A stretch of 64,000 nucleotides of DNA from Octopus sinensis (taxonomy: Eukaryota): assembly GCF_006345805.1 (NCBI RefSeq), contig NC_042998.1, positions 61,070,001 to 61,134,000 on the forward strand, read 5' to 3'. The translations under genes were made by a program, and so were the position numbers. Shown in pieces: positions 1 through 13,072 of this stretch. Under the pieces are notes generated by a model that had not been told where the DNA came from, did no database searches, and saw nothing but the letters and a program-made list of their open reading frames with translations. Position 1 is the first letter of the stretch. The number at the start of each line of letters is the position of its first letter.

Positions 1-900
1 CTAAAAATAGAACAGCAACGAGCCATGATAAAACGATGGCAAGAAAAGCCCCTTCATGGTAAATACTGCACTAAACTAAACGCAAAAGAAATAGACAAAG
101 AAAAATCCCAGCAATGGTTGAGAAGCTCAGGACTCAAAGCAGAGACAGAGGGATTTTTAATTGCAGCACAAGACCAAAGCCTCCCCACCAGAAATTACCA
201 AAAACATGTAATGAAAAGAAATATTACAAGTAACTGCAGAATATGTGGAGATGGACAAGAAACAATAAATCATATTATCTCTAGCTGCCCAGTCCTGGCT
301 AAGAAGGAATATATTCACAGACATGACAGAGTTGGAACCTACATACATTGGAAGCTATGCCAACATTATGGAATAACAACAGAAAAAGATGGTATAGGCA
401 CACACCAGAAAAGGTCACAGAAAACGAGAAAGCAACCATACTCTGGGATATGCCGATACACACAGATAGAGAAATTAAGGCCAACAGACCAGATATAGTT
501 GTCAGAGATCATGAAGAAAAAAATGCTTTCTAATTGATGTATCAATACCGGCAGATGACAACGTGTCTCTAAAAGAAATGGAGAAACTCTCAAAATACAA
601 AGACCTGGAAATAGAGGTAACTAGAATGTGGAACCTGAAAACAGAAACAATTCCTATCATAGTAGGTGCATTAGGCATGATAAAAAAATATCAGACACAT
701 ACATAACAAAAAAAACACCAGGACTTACAAACACATATAACATACAGAAAATTGCACTACTAGGCACTGCACACATCCTACGCAGAACACTTTCCATACA
801 ATAACCATCAGAGCATCACAACAAATCACAGCACATACCCAAGGCACACAGAGCTGCGCTCGGTAGTGAAGTGAAAGCACCTATAAAAATAAAACTACTG
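1..900 (+). mobile_element. R4/Dong-like non-LTR retrotransposon, 3' part (CCHC knuckle, RLE endonuclease, 3' UTR), frameshifted
   Basis: ORF 25-498 has WQEKPLHGKY, WLRSSGLKAETEGFLIAAQDQ, CRICGDGQETINHIISSC and RHD. Other frames give ILWDMPIHTDREIKANRPDIVV and KYKDLEIEVTRMWNLK, ending ILRRTLSIQ* at ~804. Followed directly by (AAT)n from 901. Confidence 0.9.
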
Positions 901-910
901 AATAATGATA

Positions 911-991
<81 letters not shown>
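901..991 (+). repeat. (AAT)n microsatellite, tail/target of flanking insertions
   Basis: Near-pure AAT run seen directly. Confidence 0.95.
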
Positions 992-993
992 AT

Positions 994-1547
994 GCCCTGA
1001 TGCAGTACCAGGCAGTGGCTCTCATGGCTTCTGATCTTAACTGATTGGAAGTGTTATCATGTACGTTGTTTTGTCTTGGTATAAAAGATGGGCTACAGCA
1101 AATATTCTGCTCAATACCACAGATTTGTTTGTCAGTTGTTTGACCTTAACCAGTTGAGCATGTCCCTTAGTGACTGACGATATGTGCATCTCTGATCACA
1201 AGCAGAAGTAGTGGGGGAGCATCATAGCCATGTGTTGAGAGGGATTCTTTGGGGTTTGAATAATTCACCTCTGGAAACATGGGTGGTTCTTTCAACATCC
1301 TTAAACAACCCTTATTCAGGGACCTTTTGAGAGGGATGGGCTACTCAACCTGAAGAAAATTCTAACTGGGCCCCACCTGCAAGGTCATGTGCTGTTTATC
1401 TTGATATGAGATCATCATGTCGCGCACATATGGTTGTGATGCATGTGCCTGGTGTACCTTTATCAGACGGGTAGTCATGATGGGTATATTGGGCTTCGTA
1501 TATTTTACCCCAGTGTCACTTTGATGGCATGCACTGCTCTCTCACTC
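994..1547. mobile_element. ~550-bp non-coding interspersed element, copy 1, embedded in (AAT)n
   Basis: Near-identical copy at 2446-2994. Both start GCCCTGATGCAGTACCAGG, end GCTCTCTCACTC and have (AAT)n on both sides. No credible ORF. Confidence 0.8.
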
Positions 1548-1786
<239 letters not shown>

Positions 1787-1788
<2 letters not shown>

Positions 1789-2347
1789 TAAGTGGTATAA
1801 TCACCACTCTCAATCTGTAACTGAAGGAGAAAATGTAACGATTCTGTGGGACTTTCCACTACATACAGACCGAACCGTCAAAGCCAATAAACCGGATATC
1901 GTTGTGAAAGACCAAAACAATATATGAGCATCCCCTGGGATCATAATATCTCGGCGAAAGAGTTTGACAAGCTCAGAAAATATAAAGACCTGCTCATTGA
2001 AATTGAGAAAATGTGGCATCTCAAGGCGGTTACAATACCAGTGATCGTAGGAGCACTAGGAATGATCAAGAAGGGAACCGAAAATTATATGAGAATGATC
2101 CCTGGCTTACCATCCCTGCAAGAAATGCAACAGATTGTCTTAACTGGTACATCACACGTATTGAGAAGAGCATTATCGATGTGAAAACTATTACTACCCA
2201 TGTATTTTAATTTAACTTTAAAAAAAAATGAACGAACTAGTGAGTTTAGTTTAATGGCCTACCAATGTATACTATGAGTTTCTTTGCCCTAGGAGTCGGG
2301 AAGACACTCGGCAAGAAATGGAAGCAAATTTGAAAGAAGAAGAAAGA
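1787..2347 (+). mobile_element. R4/Dong-like LINE, 5'-truncated 3' fragment (RLE domain + 3' UTR)
   Basis: DKWYNHH..VTEGENVTILWDFPLHTDRTVKANKPDIVV, then ORF 1924-2184 (KYKDLLIEIEKMWHLK..VIVGALGMIKK..HVLRRALSM*). (AAT)n/(TAA)n on both sides. Closely resembles the C-terminus of the 38113-40944 copy. Confidence 0.88.
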
Positions 2348-2390
2348 TAATAATAATAATAATAATAAAATAATAATAATATAATAATAA

Positions 2391-2445
<55 letters not shown>

Positions 2446-2994
2446 GCCCTGATGCAGTACCAGGCAGTGGCTCTCATGGCTTCTGATCTTAACTGATTGG
2501 ACGTGTTATCATGTACATTGTTTTGTCTTGGTATAAAAGATGGGCTACAGCAAATATTCTGCTCAATACCACAGATTTGCTTGTCAGTTGTTTGACCTTA
2601 ACCAGTTGAGCATGTCCCTTAGTGGCTGACGATATGTGCATCTCTGATCAGGAGCAGAAGTAGGGGGGAGCATCATAGCCATGTGTTGAGAGGGATTCTT
2701 TGGGGTTTGAATGGTTCACCTCTGGAAACATAGGTGGTTCTTTCAACATCCTTAAACAACCCTTATTCAGGGACCGTTTGAGCGGGATGGGCTACTCAAC
2801 CTGAAGAAAATTCCAACTGGGGCCCCACAAGGTCATGTGCTGTTTATCTTGATATGAGATCACCATGTCGCGCACATATGTTGTGATGCATGTGCCTGGT
2901 GTACCTTTATCAGACGGGTAGTCATGATGGGTATATTGGGCTTCGTATATTTTACCCCAGTGTCACTTTGATGGCATGAACTGCTCTCTCACTC
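2446..2994. mobile_element. ~550-bp non-coding interspersed element, copy 2, embedded in (AAT)n
   Basis: Matches 994-1547 with roughly 15-20 scattered differences by eye. Confidence 0.8.
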
Positions 2995-3078
2995 AATAAT
3001 AATAATAATAATAATAGAGTAATAATAATAATAATAATAATAATAATATAATAATATAATAATAATAATATAATAATG

Positions 3079-3156
<78 letters not shown>

Positions 3157-3187
3157 GAAAAGAAGAAGAGAGAAGAAGAAGAAGAAG
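2995..3187 (+). repeat. (AAT)n followed by (GAA)n compound microsatellite
   Basis: Seen directly. Confidence 0.9.
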
Positions 3188-6100
3188 ATATACACCGGAG
3201 ACGTTTAATATGTGAGAGCGATGAAACACTGCTCCGAAATCTATTCAAAAACATTGTGAATAAAGACATAACATGGCGTCAAAAATAACTTACAAAGTGT
3301 TTGACTATATCCGAGTAAGTAATATTCATTGAAATTTATTTCTATTTTCCAAATGGAATGATGTATTTTAACTGTATACCATCTCCATTGTTCACACAGT
3401 GCATGTAAACACGCTCGACACATTACGATCCAATCAACACTAGACCATCTCCGTCCCCAAACACCATGCACACAAAAAAAAATTGAAATAAAATTTAATG
3501 ATACCAGTATTATTCAACCCAAGAATAACAATCGGGGGTACGTGCTTTAAACTTTTTACACAAAAAGTACAAAAAACTACACGTGCAAAACCATTTAACA
3601 CCAGAAATGGACGAACTGGTACCCTACGAAAATGATGACCGTCAAAATAAAGAGCCAGATGTTATTCCTTGTCCGGCAAATAAAATCAAAAAGGCATAAA
3701 TGGACACGTGGGGAATATATTTCAATCCTACACGCTTATTTTACAGCAGTACTCTACCCAAAGAACGATAACACCGCAACATATATATATATAAAATCTG
3801 GAAGAAAAACAACCTAGATAAAGATTTGGATACATCAATGAACCCCAATAAACTAGCTAACATACAAAGATATATTCTCAAAACACAGAAAATATCAGAT
3901 ATAGAACTCTTAAAAGGAAAAATACATCAGGAAAATGTAGATAGTAACCACACAGCAATGCCAAATAATATCATAAGCACTGGGACTATAAAATACGATG
4001 ACTGACGTAACATGTCTAACAAAAATGAAGTAAATAACGAAAGACAACAAAACCAGACCGTAAGAGTGTGTAATGATGAGCAAAATACACCAAACCAGAA
4101 CACCACCGACAAAAATATGAACGGGAGGGAATACGAAACAAATCTAAAATCTGGAAACATTGAAGGTGAACATAATGATTATGATATACTAAAAATGAGC
4201 ATAATCAGAGAACTGAAAGCCACAGATCTCACCGATTGCACCTCCCAAAAATTAAAATTGATACTAAAACATCATCAATAATAAATAGCATGAACCTGGC
4301 CGTGACAGAACTAATAACCACAGATGCAAATGTCAATATGACCAGGCTAAATTATTAGTTAGTTAGTTAGTTAATTTGGCTCAAAAAGCAAAAAAGCAAG
4401 GCCATGTAGGGGGACATGGAGTTATGTACAGGGTGGTGTTCATGTAAAGAGTTCAGGCCACTTGTGGTCAAGGGAGACTTTGAACCGAACGGTCGTCGGC
4501 ATCTTCACCATCTCGTCCGGCAGCTTATTCCACGGATCCGCAACCCGGACGGAGAAAGCCCCTCTCCTTCGATTGAGATGAAATCGTCGCAGATAGAGCT
4601 TTTCGGAGTGACCCTGCAGTTGACGCTCTGGAGCAGGAGTGAAGAACAGCTCCTTCGAGAGGTTACACTTTCCGCTTATGATGTTGTGAGCAAGAATGAG
4701 ATCACCACGGCGTCGTTGTTTTTCTAGAGAATAAAGGTCGAGAGTCTTCAGCCTTTCTTCATAAGACAAATTCTTGAGACCAAGAACCATGCGGGTAGCC
4801 AGCTTCTGAACTCTTTCGAGATGCTGTATCTCTTTGAGGAGATAAGGAGAAGAGGCTTGAATCCCGTACTCTAATATAGGTCTCACCAGCGTGACATAGA
4901 GCGATAGGAATATGGCTGCTGTGAGCATTCCGAATGACCGTCGAATCAAGAACAGAACTCCGCGTGCTTTGTTGGCAGCATGGACGCACTGGGCCGAAGG
5001 CGAAAAGGAAGAATCCACCAAGATACCCAGGTCCTTTACCTGATAAGTCCTCTCCAGCAGAAGACGACCCGGCTCGAAATCAAGTTGAGTTGCAGGAGGA
5101 GAGCCAACAGGCAGATGACAGCACTTTGACACGTTCAGACACAGGTCCCATTCGTTAGACCATCTCCAAATTTGGTGGAGGCATCGACGAAGATCCTCTA
5201 TATCACCGCGAGGAGCGACCAGTTTGACATCGTCAGCAAATAGAAGGGTGTGTTGTGTGAGGTCGTCGGGCGAGTCATTTATGAAGACTAAGAACAATAA
5301 GGCCCCAAGCACTGAACCTTGAGGCACGCCACTGCTCGCACTGGAGACGTCGGACCGCGAACCATTAACTTGGACTTGGAAGGAGCGATCTGAGAGGAAG
5401 GCACCAACTCATCGTACAATATCCGGATGGAAACTATATGCTTGAAGCTTGACAAGTAATAGGCGGTGGTTTACCAAGTCAAAAGCTTTGGCAAAGTCCA
5501 ATAAAACGATGTCAACAGCATCACATATAATATATGCAGCAGCCACTGTGGCCACAAAAGAAGCTCCCTCAAACCCATTCGAACAGGTGTACCACCATCT
5601 AAAAAAACCCTGTGGATAAATGATATCCAGAAAAAAAGAAAACAATAGAAAAGATCTGTCAATCCTTAACGAAACTAGAAAACAATCAACACTACTAAGC
5701 AACTAGAAGAGAACAAAAATACTGGGCAAATACAAAATTACAGAAAAATTTATACCTGAGGTAAAAGAAAAGCTAAAGCAAGATATCCTTACCAAAGCAC
5801 AAAAATCCGCCGGTATGAGAAACGCCAACGTTCTTTGAAAAAAAACCAGAAAATTCAACTCCAACACCAACCTACTCTACCAAAAACTTGGCAAAAATAA
5901 AATAGATATCAATGCAGCACAAACAGCAGAAGAAATGGAAGAATTTGGGGAAGAAACATGGTCGGCGAAGGAGCAACCGCAGAAAAGGTCTATCAAAACA
6001 ACGAACTCAGCACCCAAACAACTCTGGACCCCTATAACAACTGAAGAGATCACCCAGGCACTGCAAAAACTAAGCAACTGGAAGGCACCCGGGCACTATA

Positions 6101-6545
6101 AGATCCTCAACTTCTGGTTAAAATATCTGACAGGAACACATAAAAAGCAGGCTGAGAAATTTAATGACATACTAGTAGAGCCAGAGACAATGCCTGAATG
6201 GCTCACAAAAGGGAAAACTATCCTAATTCCCAAATCCACTGAAACAGCAAACCCACAAAATTACAGACTAATAACTTGTCTCCCTAAAATTTACAAAGCC
6301 TTTACTACAATAAAATCGCTGATGATGAGCAAGCATCTGGAAGAAAACAAACTGTTTCCAGAAGAGCAGAGGGGATGCTGCAAGGGCTCATACGGCTATA
6401 AAGATCAGCTAATGATCAATAAAACCATAACTGAAGACAGTCACAGAAAGAAGAAAGGTCTAAGTATGGCCTGGATCGATTTTCAAAAGGCTTTTGATAG
6501 TATTCCCCTCACATGGATCCTAGAAACACTAGCCATGAACAAGTT
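3188..6545 (+). mobile_element. R4/Dong-like LINE, 5' half (probable 5' UTR, N-terminus, start of RT), interrupted by a CR1 insertion and 3'-truncated
   Basis: KRHKWTRGEYISILHAYFTA resembles the R4-clade N-terminal motif. TRLNY|IIYAAATVAT rejoins across 4356-5526. ORF 5935-6600 has NWKAPG, WLTKGKTILIPK, NYRLITCL, EQRGC, MAWIDFQKAFDSIP. Homology ends near 6545. Confidence 0.82.
4356..5526 (-). mobile_element. CR1-group LINE, 5'-truncated RT fragment with (TAAC)n tail
   Basis: DIVLLDFAKAFDLVNH, then ORF 4440-5327 with PQGSVLG, LLFADDVKL, LVRPILEY, SYEERLKTLDLYSLEKQRRRGDLI. TAGTTAGTTAG tail at 4356-4374. Confidence 0.92.
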
Positions 6546-7239
6546 GTGGAATATGAAAGTTTTATACTCTTCCTATGAAAATTTTTATAATAATATTTAG
6601 GTGTGAAATCCTTGAACAGAAAGAATAATTTTGCAGAGGTTCTGACTTCTTGTAAATTAAAGTCAGCGGATATTCCGTTTTCTCTTGAGACGATAAGCAT
6701 TTTTCGGCAAAAGGCAAAAATTAACCATTGCAAAATTTGAACATAGAGAGACGATGCTTGATATCTTCAGATGTTAAATAACATCCAGTAACCTAATTCC
6801 TCTTTCAGAATGTTTATTTTTTTGTTAACGGAGTTTCATATTTCAAGAAAATTTTTTATAAGATTTTCTCCACTGTTCCAGTTAGGTTTTTCCATAAACA
6901 TTCAGTCGATTCTTTCTCTATCTATCTATCTATTTCTCTTTTCTCTCCTTCTTTGTCTTTCTCTTTCTCTCCCTCTCTTAATCTTTCCCTTCTCTCCTGC
7001 TCTTCCACTTTTTTGGTACGTATATATACGTATATACATACACACACTCTTTCTTCATCTCTCTCTCTTTCTTTCTCTCTTTTCTTTTTATTCATCATCA
7101 TTCTACATTTATGATTTTAAAAAAACTGTAAAATATAACAAAGTATATAAGTAGAGAAAAGATAATAAAATGTGTGAAATAAGATCAGACATCTTATTTT
7201 ATTCCTGTTCCAAATGCCGTTAATGGTTACAATGTTGCT

Positions 7240-7364
7240 TTCTTCTTCTTCTTCTTCTTCTTCTTCTTCTTCTTCTTCTCTTCTTCTTCTTTCTTCTTCT
7301 TCTTCTTCTTCTTCTTCTTCTTCTTCTCATTATTATTATTATTATTATTATCTTCTTCTCCTTA

Positions 7365-7407
<43 letters not shown>

Positions 7408-7470
7408 CATCATCATCATCATCAATGTCATCCTCCTGCTCCTCAACATCATCATTCTCATTACTATTAC

Positions 7471-7525
<55 letters not shown>
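7240..7525. repeat. Compound trinucleotide microsatellite (TTC)n/(TAT)n/(CAT)n/(TAG)n
   Basis: Seen directly. Confidence 0.9.
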
Positions 7526-7526
<1 letters not shown>

Positions 7527-8284
7527 TATTACTTTGGTCCATTTCTACAGCGCCGTGAATCCTTTCATTTCCACAGGAACCATATCTTCTGTTCTGGATT
7601 TCATTTGATTTATGCTTCAAGACATATATATTTTGTTCCAAACACCATCTCTCAAATTCTTATACGTTGTATCAAGAACGGAATATAGTCTGCTATCCAA
7701 AATGAAGCAAAAAATAAAAAGAAACTTTGTGCTTTCAGTTTCAGGGATAATTTTTCAGGTATATTGAATATCAAAAGGAAAGATATCTATCCCAATACTC
7801 GTGTATAGTCAAACGAATAAATGAATACGTTTCCATTGCATCTTTGAATGGAATATGCTTCACTAAATATACAATCAACACTGGATAGAAATAAATATAC
7901 AAACACTATAGAAATACATATTTGTGTAAAAGAAATGTTTTTCCTATGTTCCAACTACATCATGCTAACTAAAATTATTGACATGCTCTGAGTCAATATG
8001 TCAACCATTTTAGATTGAAAACATGATGTCGCTTTTGTACCAACAGTTAAGCTCAAAAGACTTACGAAAGATAAATGAGCAGAACTAATGTAGCTCCAGA
8101 CAAAATCTTTTGTCGCAACTATTTCGTATTTCTATTTCGTTGGCTTGCTCCGTAACGACTTTTTCGGGTGCAGCATCTTTCACCAACTCTTACACACAGC
8201 ACGTAATAAAAACCCGTCTAATCATGTGTTTTGAAGGAAAGTGTCTCTTAGTAGTTCTTATTTTAAAACAGTGTACATTAAATG

Positions 8285-8860
8285 ATTAAATCAAATCAAA
8301 TTTATTGGCAGGAGAAGAGAACAATGTGCTTAAGCCATGTAAAAAAAACCCAGTTATTGTTATATACAGTTTTATGCATAGTCGCCACAGTTGTCCAGAG
8401 TGGTGGGCAGTTGAATGACATCTTGTGGTAGCTTGTTCCACGGGGCTGCGATACGGACGGAAAATGCGGCCTTCCGCCTGTTGAGTCGAGAGTGTCGGGG
8501 ATAGAGTTTGCGATCATGCCCACGAAGACCCCTATCCCGCGCAGGGGTGAGAAACTCCGCAAATGGTAGGTTTACAGTCCCGTTGAAGAAAGCCAGGATG
8601 AGATCTCCCCGCATGCTCCTTCGTTCGAGTGAAGGCAATGCCAGCCGTTGGAGACGTTCCTCATACGTAAGCTTAGACAAGCCCGTGATCATTAGGGTGG
8701 GTAAGCACTGATCCCGTTCCAGGTGATGAATGTCTTTCTGGATATATGGGTTTGAGGCCTGGATGCAATATTCGAGGATGGTTCGAACTAGAGTGACGTA
8801 TAAAGGCCGAAAGATGTCCATTGAAAGATTGATAAAGGACCGGCGGATGAGAAAAAGATA
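8285..8860 (-). mobile_element. CR1-group LINE 3' fragment with short (ATTTG)n tail
   Basis: ORF 8372-8821: LYVTLVRTILEYCIQA, TYEERLQRLALPSLERRSMRGDLI, FSVRIAAPWNKLP. Related to the 4356-5526 copy. Confidence 0.88.
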
Positions 8861-8959
8861 AATGATATTTATCTCTCAGTGGATGGCGTACTCCTTTTTT
8901 TTTTTACTTGTTTGTTTTATTTTGTTGACGATGTTACCTTAACCGAACAGTAAGCTAGA

Positions 8960-8977
8960 TAGCTAGCTAGCTAGTTT

Positions 8978-9061
<84 letters not shown>

Positions 9062-9180
9062 CACACATACACACATACATACATACATACATACATACAT
9101 ACATACATACATACATACATACATACATACATACATACATACATCTATGTATACATACATATATATCATAGATAGATATA
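8960..9180. repeat. (GATA)n/(CATA)n microsatellite
   Basis: Seen directly. Confidence 0.95.
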
Positions 9181-9250
9181 GATCTATGGTAGGGGGCATG
9201 TTCCACGGGTGGAACACACGCACTACTGATTGAGTGTGTATTACTTTAGA

Positions 9251-9634
9251 GTGGAGGCGCAATGGCCCAGTGGTTAGGGCAGCGGACACACGGTCATAGG
9301 ATCGCAGTTTCGATTCCCAGACCGGGCGTTGTGAGTGTTTATTGAGCGAAAACACCTAAAGCTCCACGAGGCTCCGGCAAGGGATGGTGGTGATCCCTGC
9401 TGTACTCTTTCACCACAACTTTCTCTCACTCTTACTTCCTGTTTCTGTTGTACCTGTATTTCAAAGGGCCAGCCTTGTCACTCTCTGTGTCACGCTGAAT
9501 ATCCCCGAGAACTACGTTAAGGGTACACGTGTCTGTGGAGTGTTCAGCCACTTACACGTTAATTTCACGAGCAGGCTGTTCCGTTGATTCGGATCAACCG
9601 GAACCCTTGTCGTCGTAACCGGCGGAGTGCTTAC
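9251..9634 (+). mobile_element. tRNA-derived SINE with 11-bp target-site duplication
   Basis: A-box-like TGGCCCAGTGG and B-box-like GTTTCGATTCC. ATTACTTTAGA repeated at 9240-9250 and 9635-9645. 3' half shared with the SINE at 48201-48502. Confidence 0.88.
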
Positions 9635-10463
9635 ATTACTTTAGAATGGATCATGAGCAAGAAGTGAATAAAACTTGCAAAATTTTGAAATTTCTTTTGA
9701 ATATGTGTATGTATGTTTATGTATGTTTATGTATAAATGTCTGTGTGTACATGCGCGTGCGTGCGTGTGTGTATAACATTTTCATGAAGATGGTGTTCGA
9801 AACCACTTAAAAGGTTATAATACAGAGTTTTAATTCATATTTGAACAATAAAATTTGTAGTTTTGTAACAAAGAGCCAGAAGGGATCCTAGGCAGGTTGG
9901 TATATAAAAGAAAAGAAAAGAATAAAAGATAGCAAAAATACAGTGGAATATTCTATTCTGTTATTGTTTCTAAACAGCAATTTCTTGTTCGAACATCAAA
10001 TCAATATGGAGTGTTGCTTTAAGACATCATGCAAAAAGTTTTGATTTGTTATTCAGTATAGAAAATCAACCAGCAGTTAGCTAACTGCATCTGACACCTT
10101 GTTTGGATTTCAAGTGTGTGAGTGTGTGCAAGTATATCAATTACATATCTCACTGATCGAGTAAAACACGACACAAGAAAGTATTCAGTGTAGTTGTCGC
10201 TATAGATGCTTTGTCGTAAGTCTTTTACCAACTGGATGAAATACGAGGTGTTGAAACAATTGTACAGTTGTAAGGAATTATTCACCATATCAAAAGTTGT
10301 ACGAAGCAGCGTTCTACCAGGGATGTGAATGGCAGATTGTAGTGTTCGTAGTTGATGACAGAAAAGGAACCAGGTGTCCTAGAATCCAGTGACACCATTC
10401 GCAGTGTAATATATATTTTTAAACATGTCTATCAATATATATCATGTATGTCAATATATATAT

Positions 10464-11149
10464 ACTAATACTATAGCCCGGCTTTTCCCGGGATTAAGTT
10501 AGGATTATTAAGCTAATCAAGTTCTTTATTTCAAACCAAACTAAGTAACATCGACGTCAAATAGGAACGAAATCCCTTGAAATTGGTAAACTTTTGGCTG
10601 AAAGTGAGTTGCAGACAATTTGATTGAGAAATCCCATAAAGAATCTGCTTATCGATTTTTTCCACTCATCGATTGTTTTTTTGTTGTTTTTTTTTTCGTT
10701 TTTGGAGAACTTGAAGCATTCAAAGATCCCATGAGTCCTAAGTAATGTTGGCATCAAGTTTTAACAAAATACATCAAAATTGGTAAAAGTTATGTTTGGA
10801 AATGGGGTGTAGCTAATTTTAGTGGGAAATCCTATAAGGAATCGGTTTATCGATTTTTTAAATCCTGATTAAATGGAAAACCCCATAAGGAATCAGTTTA
10901 TTGATTTTTCACCCCAAATAGGACTTAACCGAACACAACATTTCTGATTCACACCCAACCCAGTTCTGCAGAATCAGTGTCCCGACGGGAGCGCGTGCCA
11001 ACCCTTTTGAACCCCCCCCCCCATCATCTAACACCACCTTTGCCCATGGGTTGGGAACCCTTCCAGCAAGGAAAATAGAACACCCAAAAGGGATCCCAAT
11101 CTTCTGTATCACAAGCGGTTGTGTTCAGATCACAACTAAGTCTTAAGTA

Positions 11150-11150
<1 letters not shown>
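10464..11150. mobile_element. Possible non-autonomous Helitron/Helentron-type (HINE-like) element
   Basis: Starts ACTAATACTATAGCCCGGCTTTTCCCGGG (terminal hairpin). Three degenerate internal repeats of CCCATAAGGAATC..TATCGATTTTT. Ends in a (TA)n tract. Confidence 0.35.
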
Positions 11151-11216
<66 letters not shown>

Positions 11217-11350
11217 GGCAATACAAACACGTACGTATACGTATTGCATACATGTTTTTTGTACGCATACGTGTTCGTGTGTGTGTGTTTGATGGGGTGT
11301 GCAACACAGAAAGTGTAGTGTGTATGAGAAATTGTTTTGTTAGTGTGTGT

Positions 11351-11384
<34 letters not shown>

Positions 11385-11650
11385 TTAGATAACAACCCCT
11401 CTCTCTCTTTGTCTGTTAATCACACACTAAGAAGACAAACTAAAAAAACTGTTATGCATGTATTTATGTTTAAATGGTTTCAGTCACGCGCGCGCGCACA
11501 CACACATGAACATGTATGCGTACAAAAAACATGTGTAAATTTTTAGTAAAATTTAGATTCAGATGAATATGCTACTTAAATAAAAGGCACCAGAATTTAG
11601 TATGGTATTATCCATATAATTCAAAATGGGGTGATTGTAATCAAAATAAG

Positions 11651-12046
11651 CAACAGGATATCCAGAGGTAATGCAGTACGATCGTTTCATGCGACTCCAT
11701 TTAATTGAATAATGTAAACATTACATCAATTTAAAATGTAGAGCAATCTTCAGCTGCATAAAATTATAGAATTTAGTCAAATTCGAAGGATTCATTTGTA
11801 TAGTTTTATTTTTATCTAAAATCACCAAGAGGATAAAACATGTTCTTTGTCTATCTACTTATCCTCTTGGTGATTTTGGATAAAAAGAAAATTATACAAA
11901 TGAGTCCTTCGAATTTAACTAAATTCTATAATTTTATGCAGCTGAAGATTGCTCTGCATTTTAAAATTGATGTAATGTTTGCAGTGTTCAATTAAATTGA
12001 GTCACATGAAACGATCGTACTACATTACCTCTGGATGTTCTTGTTG
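11651..12046. mobile_element. Foldback/MITE-like palindromic element, ~185-bp arms, 22-nt loop
   Basis: 11651-11836 is the approximate reverse complement of 11859-12046 (e.g. ATCACCAAGAGGATAA / TTATCCTCTTGGTGAT). Confidence 0.85.
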
Positions 12047-12174
12047 TTTATATATATATACAAACATACATACATACATGCATACATACATACATACATA
12101 CATACATACATACATACATACATACATACATACATACATACAATCATACATACATATATATATGTGTGTACATG

Positions 12175-12205
<31 letters not shown>

Positions 12206-12431
12206 TGAAAGAGACAGAGAGAATTTTTACCAATTGCTACACGAGTGTACTGTAACAGTATCTCTACATGTGAATCTCTATATATAGTTCGTTACACTCG
12301 TTTTGGATTATTTCAGTGCAAAGACGGAAACTTTTAGCAGATTATCAGATTTTTTAAAGGATTAGATGATCAGTAGCTGATTGAGTCGGAACACAGGAGA
12401 CATATATGTGTACGTTTGTTTGTGTGTGTGT

Positions 12432-12476
<45 letters not shown>

Positions 12477-12613
12477 GTGTGTGTGTGTGTGTGTGTGCGT
12501 GCGTGTGTGTGTGTGTGCGTGTACGTGTTTGTGTGTGTGTATTTACATGAGCGTGAATTTATGCATGCATGTTTGTTTCTTTCTATTTACCTATCCATTT
12601 AACTCAGTATTTA

Positions 12614-13072
12614 GGACGGCGAGCTGGCAGAAACGTTAGCACGCCGAGCGAAATGCTTTGTGGTATTTTGTCTGCCGCTACGTTCTGAGTTCAAATTCCG
12701 CCGAGGTCGACTTTGCCTTTCATTCTTTCGGGGTCGATTAAATAAGTACCAGTTTCGCACTGGAGTCGATATAATCGACTTAATTCGTTTGTCTGTCCTT
12801 GTTTGTCCTCTCTGTGTTTAGCCCCTTGTGGGTAGTAAAGAAATAGGTATCTCGTCTGCCGTTACGTTCTGAGTTCAAATTCCGCCGAAGTCGACTTTGT
12901 CTTTCATCCTTTCGGGGTCGATTAAATAACTACCAGTTATGCACTGGCGTCGATATAATCGACTTAATCCGTTTGTCTCCTTGTTCGTCCTCTCTGTGTT
13001 TAGCCTCTTGTGGGTAGTAAAGAAATAGGTATCTCGTCTGCCGTTACGTTCCGAGTTCAAATTCCGCCAAGG
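12614..13072 (+). mobile_element. tRNA-derived SINE (Meta/Sauria-SINE-like central domain) with tandemly repeated ~184-bp body
   Basis: Head GGCGAGCTGGCAGAAACGTTAGC. Units start at 12663, 12847 and 13029, each with GAGTTCAAATTCC; the two full units carry the GTCGACTTTG(C/T)CTTTCAT(T/C)CTTTCGGGGTCG domain. Confidence 0.85.

Noticed and set aside
9251-9330. tRNA genes at SINE heads (also 30351, 45850-45927, 47605, 48201)
   Set aside because: A/B boxes are present but acceptor stems are missing and each continues into a repeat body.
12614-13072. Regularly spaced repeats suggesting a CRISPR array
   Set aside because: Whole 184-bp units repeat with no unique spacers, there are no cas genes, and the context is eukaryotic SINE.
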